Source: Thelocarpon superellum (Eukaryota). Taken from it: a stretch of DNA of 31,154 nt. The translations under genes and the position numbers were made by a program. Below, piece by piece: positions 21,370 through 31,154 of this stretch; the stretch's first letter is position 1, and the number at the start of each line of letters is the position of its first letter. The stretch lies in NCBI GenBank assembly GCA_026025795.1, contig JAPEUG010000004.1, positions 124,001 to 155,154 on the forward strand. Reading direction: 5' to 3'. A model generated the notes under the pieces. The model was given only the letters and a program-made list of their open reading frames with translations, searched no databases and was not told where the DNA came from.

Positions 21370-23950
21370 ATGGGAATCAAAGGGTGAGCGGGCTCGATTG
21401 AAGCTCACGTGCATCGCTCACACATACTCGCAGGATCTATGGCGAGATCGGCCCCGGCGAGAGAACCGCCCTATCGAAGCTCGCCGTGCAGCATTTCGAA
21501 AAGTCCGGTCGGCCGTTACGGATAGCCATTGACATCTCCATCTGGCAGATTCAAGTTCAATCGGCCAAGGGTACGATTAGAGATGAGACAACTCTGGGGA
21601 TGTGCTGCTGACGGGCTCCAACCCAGGTGGAAGCAATCCTGCCCTCCGCACTCTCTACTACCGATTGCTTCGTCTCCTCTCACTCTTCATCCAACCGCTC
21701 TTTGTCTTCGACGGGCCGAAGAAGCCCACTTTCAAGCGGAACCGCCGAGTCGGCACCAACGCGGCGTCGCTGCCAGATTTCCTGGCCAAACAGCTGATAA
21801 AGCTTTTCGGATTCCCTCACCACATCGCCCCTGGTGAGGCCGAGGCCGAGTGTGCCCTGTTGCAGCAGCAAGGATTAGTGGACGCGGTCTTGAGTGAGGA
21901 CGTGGACACCCTGATGTTCGGCTGCGGCATGGCTTTGCGGAACTGGTCGAGCGAAGGAACCCGAGGGAGCAAGTCCCCCACCCACGTCTCGGTCTACGAT
22001 GCGACAAAGATCCGTGAAAACAACCCGGGCATGGATCGGGAGGGTATGGTATTGATTGCTCTGATGAGTGGTGGTGATTATATTCCCGCTGGAATTCCGG
22101 GTTGTGGTATCAGGATCGCCCGTGAAGCGGCCGCGGCGGGCTTTGGGAAAGGACTCTTTCTCCACGAGAAGGACGCGACCGGGATGAAAAATTGGCGCGA
22201 AAAGCTGGTGCACGAGATGCAAAGCAACGAGAGCAAGTTCTTCCGGGTCAAACACCGATCCCTTCAAATTCCTGACGACTTTCCCAACCGTACCGTCTTG
22301 CGATACTATACACGTCCTGCCGTGTCGTCAATGGAGCGGGTCGAACAGCTACGATCGGGCCTAACGTGGAATCCAGCTGTCGACCTTCCTGGCCTTAGGA
22401 TCTTCGTGGCCGACGCATTCGATTGGACGCACAGGTCAGGAGCAAAGAAGCTCGTTCGAGGACTGGCGCCGGCCTTGGTTGTACATGAGTTATGCCAAAG
22501 AGTCGAAACGCCAGGCACGCAGGGACGCCCAGCACGAAGTGATGAAGGGTATCTTCAGGGATTCTTTGGGAAGCGGGTGCATTTCAGCACCGACGGCTTG
22601 CCAGAGATTCGAATCGGCTATGTTCCGCTGGATTTCGTATCGATCGACCTTGACGCCGAAGACTCGGATACGGAAGACGTTGGAGGAGAGGCAGGAGGCA
22701 TTGATGGCGAAGAGGCTCTCATGCTCGAATCTGGGGACGATGCAGCTGGTCGAGATGCACCAGCGAGCCCATCAAAGAGACGGCCACCATTGTATGACCC
22801 AACGCAGGTGGAAAAAGTATGGATACTGGACAGCTTCGTTAGGAAGGGCGTTCCACAACAGCTGAAGGAGTGGGAAGACGCACAGCTGGCCCCAAAGCCA
22901 CGAGCTCCGACCAAAGAGCGATCGAAGCAGCCCAAGACCAAGGGTGGGATGAGCAGAGGCGCGTTGGATGCATACGTGAAGGTCTCGAAGCCAGGAATCT
23001 TGGTACCAGAGACGGAGAAGCCGGCCCAGCCATCTACGCAGGCATCTTTCCACCCTACGACAACCGACACGCAAGAACATTTCACGATCCCCTCAACTCC
23101 CTCCAGGTCCACGAGCAAGAAGACATTTCCAATCAGGTCTTCACAAGCCATGCCGCCCGGCTCGTCCAACCCATGGGTTTTGTCACGCCGACCACCAGAG
23201 ACGCTCAATCTCCCCTTGGCAAGTGGTGCTCGATACCCTACCCTTGGTATCTACGGTACTCAAGGCAGGGAGACGGAGACAGCTCCAAGAGGCATGTCAA
23301 GAGCGTCATTTCCGATCAGCAAGGGCGAACAGGGCCCACATTTTCCTGATCCTGCATCTTCGACGAAGTCCTTAGCACCTGGACGACACGAAGAAGAGCG
23401 TGACTGGACGAGAGGAAGGGGGAAGGGGAGAGGAAGTGGGAAAAAGAAATCCCATGTCATCACGATCTCGTCGTCTCCTACCCATCCTCTCTCTCCTTCT
23501 TCTCCTTCTTCTTCTTCTTCTTCTTCTCCTCTCCGCCCTTCTTCCACGCCGACTTCTTCTCCCCTTCCATCACCGACGGCGCTTTTCTCCCCGTCTCCAA
23601 GACCTACGATGGCAATCAGATCATCAGTACGGACAGAACCAAGGCAACCCGCTCCATCGACCAGGCACTCAGAACCAAGCACGAGCACGAACATTCCCAT
23701 GAGCACGACAACCGTGACCGCGACCGCGACCTTGAACACGACCACAAGTGAAGACTCCAACGCGAAAGCTAGCCGAACAATAGAAAAGCAGCGCGTGATC
23801 GTGCTCCGAGCAAGTTTGGCAGGAACGTGGCGCGATATCAGTGATGAGTGTGCCACTAGTGCCCTTGAAGCCCCTGATCAGACTGGTCGTGGACATGGGC
23901 ACGGGCTTGGGAGAGTATGGACTGATGTTGAGACGGTGGATTTGACATGA
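21370..23950 (+). CDS. GEN1: XPG/Rad2-family Holliday junction resolvase GEN1/Yen1; exons 21370-21383, 21434-21570, 21627-23950
   Basis: MGIKG start after splicing 21384-21433; RIAIDISIW; intron 21571-21626; LFVFDGP, PGEAEAECA, LSEDVDTLMFG, LMSGGDY..GIPGCG (H2TH). Acidic catalytic residues intact; long disordered C-terminus. Confidence 0.9.
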
Positions 23951-24089
23951 CTATGACTTGTGACCATGACTCGAAAGAATGGAGTCGTTTCCCCTGTCTA
24001 CCAGACTTGTTCTACACACTCCTCCTCTCACCTCTCTCCTCCAACTTTCATTCTCTCGCTCGCTCGCACCTCCCACGCCGCGACTACCA

Positions 24090-25847
24090 CTATTTGGCTC
24101 TCGCTAGCCACAACTCGACACTCTCCCTGACCCCCTCCGTGCCCCAAACGCCCTGCGTGCCGCCACGCCGCCACTCGTCGCCCTGTGCTTCATCGCCGCC
24201 TCCGCGCGTCGACTCGCCCAGAATAACCTCGAGGTCGCGTTTCTGCGAGCTGGTCCAGCGGCGCAGAAAGCCAACGGGGTCTTTGCTCATGGAGCTCAGG
24301 AAACCGTGTTTGGCTTTCGAGTGCGCCAGTGCTTGTGTCGTCAGTGCGATCTGGTCGTCGAGATTGTTAATTTCGCGGAGAATGGTGGGATACGCCGGAT
24401 TGGTTATGGCGGCTGTGAGTTGGGCGCGTAACGGGTCGTCGACGGGAACCCGAATGTCGTAGATCGTCGGCGGGTGCTGTACGGGGGTTTCGGTGAGTGT
24501 GCCCGTGCCGGTGCCCGTGCCCGTGTCGGTCTCGACGGTGGTGGGGACCGGGTCGACGCGGATCGTGTAGGGTAGTTTGAGTGGCGGAAGCGGCAGGAGG
24601 TGGTTCTGCTGCATGATCAAGTCTGGGACGTACGGGAAGAAGACTTGATCTTGGCGGAAGACCTGCGGTGGATCTCGTTAGACTGGATTTGCGTAGCGCT
24701 GACCGAGGGCAACTTACCGCGCGTAGTCGCTCGTCGCAGCGGATACCTCGTCGCTCCTCATCCTCTTGCAGCCCCATTGCTTTGACATACTCCCAGATGC
24801 CCATGACCGCGCCTGCTCGGTCCATCTCCTCGGCATCCAACACCTCGGCCAACTCCTTGCTGAGCCGGAACCGCTCCGGGGTCTCGTCCCGCACGAACGT
24901 CAGGGTGCAGTTGATGTTCTCGTCGCTCTTCCGCTCGATCTCGAGCACATCAAAGTCGGCCGCGGGCGGGAGCTCAGTCACGGTGGGAGGCACCAAGGGC
25001 TTCTTCCACTCCACTTGCGCAAGCGCGTCAGAATGTAAGGACTTGCTCCGTTCGAAGTCGACGTGGATGGATTTGAAGAAGTGCGACAGCTTCGTCCGGG
25101 GAGGACCAGTCGGCGTGGTCTTCTTTGCTTTGGGGGCCTCGACGGCGTCGTGGTCCATGGCGTCGCCGTTGGCCTCACCGTTGGCCTGTTGCTGCTCCTC
25201 CTCGTCCTCGGTGTCTGACGCTTCGTCATCCTCGTCAATGACCCTCCCTTCGACCTTCATCCGGAAGGTCGGCTGCGATTCGTGGGAGAATTCAAAGGTA
25301 TTCCCATCCATGGCCGGCTGCTGCCATGGTTGATTCTCCAACGAGTTGGAGATGGAGATACGGAGCGTCTTATATCGCTGCAGCAGGATCAGTCTCCGTG
25401 TCCTCGTCCATCGTCCCTGTGCTGTGGTGCTCACCTTGACATTCCGATTGACCGCGTCTTGCATGTCCAGCCTCTTCCGCATCATGGTCGCGTCCAACCT
25501 TCGCTCCAACTCCCGGAGGTTCTTGTAGTGCTGGACGCCGTCACCGACCACGAAATCTTCCACGCCTTCAGGGATGTTCTTGTCCATAGGTTTCCGACTG
25601 CGTCGTTTGGCCAGCTCACGCTCGTGAGCCGCCGCTGCTTGCTGCGCTTGTACTTGGGCGGGCGTGGGCGCGGCTTGCTGATGCACGGCCGGGTTCATGG
25701 GACCTGGGTGACAGTTAGCTTAGGGCGCGGTGTTTCTCCTTCGGCGAGGGAGCACCAACCGGGGCCGCCGCGCCGCGGGGTAGCAACATGGGGAGATCGT
25801 TGGTTCTGGTACTGTGGCCGGTACTGGGCCGCCAGTGGGGGGTTCAT
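24090..25847 (-). CDS. SNF12: SWI/SNF-RSC subunit Snf12/BAF60 (SWIB domain); exons 25847-25760, 25703-25435, 25377-24718, 24662-24090
   Basis: Introns 25704-25759, 25378-25434 and 24663-24717. Motifs: LERRLDATMMRKRLD, LRISISN, KLSHFFKSI, VEWKK, SWIB RFRLSKELAEVL..IWEYVKAMGLQ..IRCDERLRAVF, DPVGFLRRWTSSQKRDL. Confidence 0.92.
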
Positions 25848-26330
25848 GATGGCGACTGATCAGATGGGAAGTCGCGACTAAGTTGCGGAGGGCCGCGATT
25901 GGGTCCACGTCCACGACCGCGTCAGGGTACGGATTCCACGACAGCGATGGCAGTCACCTGACGGCGATCAATGGGCGCGTCTCATACGAGTAGATCTCGG
26001 GTGTCAGGTATCGGTACGAGTGCGGACAACGATCGAGCGGCCTCGGTGCGTTGCTCGTGCCACTGGACCGGTCTAAGCATCCTCGACCTCGCGCTCGACG
26101 ATGGGCCCGATGCTGGGTGGCTGTCACTATTGGCGATCACCAAGAGCTAGTCTCATTTCGCTCTAGCCGATTTGCATCAACCTCGCCCTCGCAACCTCCC
26201 GCGGCTGTTTTCGCAGCCGAGACAGGCCAAGTCGACGGTCTTGTCAGGCACACTGGCCAGATGCAATCCTACTCCTACGTTGACCGATGTCGAATACATG
26301 GGAAGAGGATCTATGCTGAGGGTCGTGCCG

Positions 26331-28386
26331 TCAATCGTCAAACCCTTCAAAGACCTCGTCAACATCCTCTCGTCCTCGGACTTGCTCGAGAAGAGTGTGG
26401 AGCTGCGTCTCTTGTTCCTTTTCCGCGGGCGTCAGCTTTGCTACGCGATCGGCCTCGCGCTTTCGTTCTTTCTTCTCTCGCCGTTGCTCTCGCATCTGCT
26501 TCTGTTCCGCTCGCTCACTCCATGACTGCGTCGTCGCTCGTCGCGGGTCCACGGGCTCCGTTGTGATGATCTTTGCCGAAGGTGCATCCGTCATCGACGC
26601 TCTCCGGGCAGCCTCCCGCACCTTGTCTTTATAGGCGTAGGTAGCCATATCAACGCCCGCCACCACCTTTCTCTCCCCCTCCCATCCTTTCAGCTCCGGC
26701 ATGCGTGGCAGTCGAAGGAGGGCCCAAGCCTGACCCAGAGCCTCCCAGTCCATCCCTCGCAAGCGAAAGATACTACTGGCCTGGTGCTTGCTGTATGATT
26801 TGACCCAGCTCACGAAACCTCGCTGGCCCTTGTCATGGACCGCCCGGTCGGTCAACACCGCGGCTCGCATGGAGTCGGTGGCCTTCCGGGCCTCATCATC
26901 ATCCACGTGAATTTCTGGGTGCAGCAGCGGCAGGATCGGCGTCTTGCGAACGTCGAGGAATGAGATGAAGCCCTCTTCGCTGCCTGGTTGGAGCAGAATG
27001 ACGCTCAATCCCTTGCGACCAGCCCTGCCGGCTCGGCCACAGCGATGCAGGAAGACCTTGGGGTCACTCGGCGGATCCACCTGCACCACGAGATCGACCT
27101 GGGGCACGTCCAGCCCGCGCGCGGCGACGTCGGTAGTGAGGAGGATCGTCGGCGGGAGGGACGTGATAAAGCGAGTAAAGTTCTTTTGTCGGACCTTGGG
27201 CGGGTGCTTGCCGTGTAGGGGGACGAGGACGAAGGGTTGGCCGTCCAGTGAGGGGAGAATATGCGGTAGGAGATGCTGAAAGTAATCCACGGCAGCACAC
27301 GTCGAGAGGTAGACGATGCACCTGTGCGGCGTCGGTCGAAGGGAGGAGAGTAGTTGGACGAGGGCAGGAAATTTGTGCGTCGGCGGGGTGATCAGGTAGG
27401 TCATTTGGAGGCTGTGATGTGTCTCAGTAGACATTCGTTGAAGCTGCACTCTCTCCTCACCTCGCCGGCGTGCGACGGTCTTCACCGCCCCCTGCCCCCT
27501 TGACCTTGACCGCGATCTTGACCGGATTGCGCAAGCCCACCCGAACGATCTCTCCTACGGCTTCACTCACGCTGGCACTGAATAGGCCCGTGCGCCGTTG
27601 CTTGGGCAATCTTCCCAGGATTTTCTGAAGATCCTCCTTGAACCCAAGGTCCAGTAATCGATCGGCTTCGTCCAAGACGAGCACGTCAAACGACGACTGC
27701 GGACAGTGTACGTGGGGCGAGGAGAGTAGCTCGAGCAGTCGGCCCGGCGTGGCGATGAGCACATTGGGCGAGTGCGCGAGAAAGAACGCAAGGTCCTGCG
27801 CGGGACCGTTTGTTCCTCCCAGCAGCAACTGCGGCACGACTTTCAGCGCAGATGAGTCGATGTCCATCTCGTCGTTCGCCTCGCCAGTGGCCGTTTGCAG
27901 GGCCTGGACAGAGGGGCCATGAAAGGCCAGGAGAGACAGTAAGACACCATGGATCTGAGTGGCAAGTTCTCTGCTTCCACGTCAACTCGAATTCTATTCA
28001 GGAAGCCGCGGATTAAGACCTGGTGGGTGAGACAATGATTGCACCAACATGATGCCGCTTCACAGCTTCATCCAATCTCAATAATCGCTGGACCACGGGT
28101 ATCAAAAAGGAAAGGGTCTTTCCACTACCGGTGACGGCCTATCCATGGAGACAATCAGTACCATCGGGGGGTGCTTGCTCCCATTACAGCGCACCTCAAC
28201 CACGACGTCTTTGTTTCCAAGGAACAATGGAATGGTCGAAGCTTGCACCGGGGTCATGCGCTCAAAGCCCATGCTCGACATGGCGTCGAGGATCCATTCG
28301 AACAAGGGAGGGGCAACGTCCTCCCATGCTCTCGAAGTCCCTGTAGCCATGCCATTGTTGTGCTTCCTTGGTGCATTCCCGGACAT
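26331..28386 (-). CDS. SPB4: DEAD-box RNA helicase Spb4 (DDX55), 60S biogenesis; exons 28386-28195, 28138-28020, 27970-27461, 27411-26331
   Basis: Q motif [14 protein letters not shown], motif I AVTGSGKT, Ia SPTRELA (across intron 27971-28019), [39 protein letters not shown], Spb4-type [13 protein letters not shown] and [10 protein letters not shown]. Confidence 0.94.
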
Positions 28387-28462
28387 TTCTGTCAGGGATA
28401 TTTCGGGGCTTGGGAAGATTTCTTCGTGTGTTGTTCACGTCATGTTCGCGTTATCTAATCAA

Positions 28463-28476
28463 CACGTGACTCATCG
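28463..28476. promoter_or_regulatory. Overlapping CACGTG (bHLH E-box), TGACTCA (Gcn4/CpcA) and CTCATCG (PAC core) motifs ~80 bp upstream of SPB4
   Basis: CACGTGACTCATCG read directly. Function is inferred. Confidence 0.5.
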
Positions 28477-28568
28477 ATCATGGCGCGTCTGCAGACAACA
28501 ATAGGGTGTGGTGGAAACACGTCTTGTTTGTAGTGTAAAATGTCTTGCCATGGACATTAAAGATCAAT

Positions 28569-28660
28569 GATAGATTGATGATAGATTGATGATAGATTGA
28601 TGATAGATTGATGATAGATTGATGATAGATTGATGATAGATTGATGATAGATTGATGATA
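28569..28660. repeat. Perfect 11-bp minisatellite (GATAGATTGAT)8 + GATA
   Basis: Eight identical units at 28569-28656 counted directly. Confidence 0.97.
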
Positions 28661-29308
28661 AATGAATGGAACAGACGGTGTCAGTGTAAGAGATGACGCA
28701 AGGCCGGCGACGTCGTGCAAAAATGAAATGGAAACTGGAATCTGGCGGTCCGCGGTCGGCAAAACAAGCCCGGCAAAGCCACAGCCGCTTGAGCAGGGAA
28801 GACGATAGACGGCAAGGTGGCAGGGGAATGACACGAGAGTTCCAGCAGCCTACAGCGTAGCCAGATCATCGATGAAAAGCTAAGACCCGAACAACAGGTT
28901 CATCGACGGATAACAACGTTTTTGCATCGACCGATAAAAGAGCCCATCCATGAATATCCTCGGCCGCACTCACACTCGCACTCAAACTGTCACTCCTCCA
29001 CCGCCCCCGAGACACCGCACCCGTCGAAGGCTTTTGGCGCGCGGCCGATCGGACCGTCATAGCCGCCAGCATCCATCACCATAGCCTCCCACGCGACCGA
29101 TCACGGTCGCGCCGCGCAGCAGATCAGCAGCAACCTTACTTCCACCATTAGAGGAGCCACCACCACGAGCGATAGCGACACCGCCACCACTAAACGACCG
29201 GCGCAACTCCTCCATCGCGTGATCTCCGGCCTGGTCAGGCTGCCCGCGCTCCCTCCCCACACCTGTTTCGGGGCCTGGTCGGCCGACGGCACACCCTTCC
29301 GCTCTCGC

Positions 29309-30703
29309 ATGGCCGCCGCGACGCGGCGGCGCTCGGTCCCAGGCACACCGCGCGTAATCTCGCCGTCGCCGACGCTGTCAGAAGGCCCATCCGATGGAAG
29401 CGACGGCTACTTTGGCCCGGTCACGCGCTCGGCGCGGAAGCCAAAGGCTCCTGCGCCGCCGCCGCTGATCGACGAGAATCCGGAAGACGAGGACGAGGAC
29501 GAGGATTTGTATGAGAATGGCAAAGGAGACGGCGCGTCAGATTCGAGCTTCGAGCTCACACGCGCGCGTACCCGCAGTCGCAGCCCGGCCAAGGACAGCA
29601 ACGGATACGGCCCTGGAACCACCACCCTGCGGCGCCTGAGTGGTCTGTCGCCCGCGAAGCCGGCTTCCACCGCCATGGCGGTCAAGACATCGCCGCGAAA
29701 AGCGACGAAGAAGAAGCCAAGTGCGTCGATCGTCGCCAACGGCTCCTCCAGCAAGATCTCCAACGGCCACCTCTCCCCCGCGAGCGCCAGCCCCACCTCC
29801 CGCTCAACCTACTGGCGCGATCTCAGCCGGAGCCCGAGCCCGCTGGGCCTGATCCCGATCCATCGACACTGGCGCAGCCTCGTACGTCGCTCTCCTCCCC
29901 CCTTCCCCCTCTCCTTCCTTCCCGCTCACCTCTTCGCCCAGATCCACCGACACGAGATCCCACGCAAGCTCCTGCACGTGTCCATCGGCTTCGTGACGCT
30001 CTACCTGTACACGGCGGGCGTGCAGGCATCACACATCACGCCCTACCTCATGGGCGGGCTGATCCCCATCGCCAGCATCGATTACTTGCGGCACCGGTAC
30101 GCGGGGCTGAACCAAGCGTACGTGCGCGTCTGCGGCATGCTGATGCGCGAGTCGGAGGTCGAGGGCTGGAACGGGGTGATCTGGTACCTGCTCGGCGCGT
30201 ACGTTGCGCTGCGCTTCTTCCCCAAGGACGTCGGCGTCATGTCCGTCCTGCTCCTCTCCTGGTGCGACACGGCTGCCAGCACCCTCGGCCGCGCCTACGG
30301 CCGCTACACCCCGCGTCTCCGCCGCGGGAAATCCCTCGCGGGTACGCTGGCCGCCCTGCTCGTCGGCGCAGGCAGCGCTGCGGTGTTTTGGGGCCTCATT
30401 GTTCCCTCCACCGGCATCCCTACCGTCGGTCGCGCTGACCCCGCCAATAACTTTATGTTTACGGGATCGTTGCATCTCCCGTCCTTTCCATTCTTGTCAT
30501 CACGCTCGTCTCTCCCCTCCACTACCACTACCACCTTCACTCCCGCCGCGACTGGCCCCCTCGCCCTCGGTATCATCAGCTTCGTGACCGGTCTCGTGGG
30601 CGCGGCCAGCGAAGTGGTCAACCTCTGGGGCGCGGACGATAATCTCACTATTCCCGTCCTTTCTGCTCTGGGCCTCTGGGCGTTTTTAAAGGTGTTTGGC
30701 TAG
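29309..30703 (+). CDS. DGK1: CTP-dependent diacylglycerol kinase Dgk1; exons 29309-29881, 29942-30703
   Basis: HRHEIPRKLLHVSIGF, LMRESEVEGWNGVIWYLLG, LLLSWCDTAASTLGRAYG..KSLAGT, DDNLTIPV. In-frame intron 29882-29941 (GTACGT..CTCAC..CAG). Confidence 0.93.
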   Translation: MAAATRRRSVPGTPRVISPSPTLSEGPSDGSDGYFGPVTRSARKPKAPAPPPLIDENPEDEDEDEDLYENGKGDGASDSSFELTRARTRSRSPAKDSNGYGPGTTTLRRLSGLSPAKPASTAMAVKTSPRKATKKKPSASIVANGSSSKISNGHLSPASASPTSRSTYWRDLSRSPSPLGLIPIHRHWRSLVRRSPPPFPLSFLPAHLFAQIHRHEIPRKLLHVSIGFVTLYLYTAGVQASHITPYLMGGLIPIASIDYLRHRYAGLNQAYVRVCGMLMRESEVEGWNGVIWYLLGAYVALRFFPKDVGVMSVLLLSWCDTAASTLGRAYGRYTPRLRRGKSLAGTLAALLVGAGSAAVFWGLIVPSTGIPTVGRADPANNFMFTGSLHLPSFPFLSSRSSLPSTTTTTFTPAATGPLALGIISFVTGLVGAASEVVNLWGADDNLTIPVLSALGLWAFLKVFG

Positions 30704-31038
30704 AGCGACGATACCTCCTTAACTCCTTACCGCATCTCATGCCGTCATGTTACCTCGTCACGTCTCGTCTCCCACCGTTTCTTTCTCGTCCGCCCCTTTC
30801 TCCTGTAGATCTAGATCTCCCCTCTACAATACCAAACCTCAGCCAAGTACGGAAGCCGTTGGGAGAACATATAGTGTATGGACTCAACTCGCCGTGAGCG
30901 GTCGTAACGAACACATGTACGATGTATGAGGTATGATACAAGAAGGGCATGTCATGAGCCGCCACTCGCCGACCCATATCCCGACCTCAAGGTCCGAAGA
31001 CCGAGATCAAGACACGGGCCATCAACAAGCGCGTCGTC

Positions 31039-31154
31039 TTACTGCCATCTGAGTAGCTCGACCTCCTAAAGGAGCGCGCACATCAGACGAGAGTAAGACG
31101 GTCCCTCTGCTCCATCCCCCAGCCGCGGCATCAACCTCCGAAGAGGGAACACGC
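31039..31154 (-). other. Possible terminal intron and last exon (EVELLRWQ-stop) of a minus-strand gene starting beyond the window
   Basis: Minus strand CTGAT (31086-31082)..TTTAG acceptor (31066), then GAG GTC GAG CTA CTC AGA TGG CAG TAA. The frame cannot be fixed without the upstream exon. Confidence 0.3.

Noticed and set aside
23948..23956. GEN1 stop in the TGA-CTA readthrough context
   Set aside because: A second TGA follows immediately, so readthrough would add only two residues with no clear targeting signal. It is part of a local TGAC(T/C) repeat.
28569..28660. Repeat array as CRISPR or telomere; ORF 28478-28834 through it
   Set aside because: No spacers or cas genes in a eukaryotic context. 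The unit is not TTAGGG-like and is flanked by genes on both sides. The ORF is a by-product of the repeat.
2122..30703. The whole gene set as a functional cluster
   Set aside because: The products (proteasome, ribosome biogenesis, dynactin, chromatin, DNA repair, lipid kinase) have no shared pathway and there is no biosynthetic backbone gene. This is an ordinary housekeeping neighbourhood.

Overview
Eukaryotic, GC-rich filamentous ascomycete (Pezizomycotina-like) genomic DNA. Genes are split by short (47-88 nt) GT-AG introns with CTRAY branch points, so the ORF track fragments them. Splicing by hand gives 14 protein-coding genes: a stomatin/SPFH protein, a PTH11-like (CFEM-less) integral membrane protein, RPN6, SOF1, a membrane-anchored SDR, a strongly diverged OGFr-domain-like protein, a fungal BTB-like protein, mitochondrial seryl-tRNA synthetase, an unrecognised small orphan, dynactin Arp11/ro-7, GEN1/YEN1 resolvase, SNF12/BAF60, SPB4 and DGK1. 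A possible last exon of another gene lies at the right edge. This is mostly a housekeeping neighbourhood. I recognised no rRNA, tRNA, CRISPR or intact transposon, and I cannot support a multi-gene novel system. The best leads are: the intronless OGFr-like gene that keeps the scaffold but has lost the family's conserved polar motifs; an 11-bp GATA-site minisatellite and a composite E-box/Gcn4/PAC motif between SPB4 and DGK1; an orphan gene with tandem out-of-frame 3' splice sites; an unexplained intron signature plus long hairpin upstream of stomatin; and a hairpin plus 44-bp degenerate repeat between the PTH11-like gene and RPN6. All family calls are from motif recall, not database searches.
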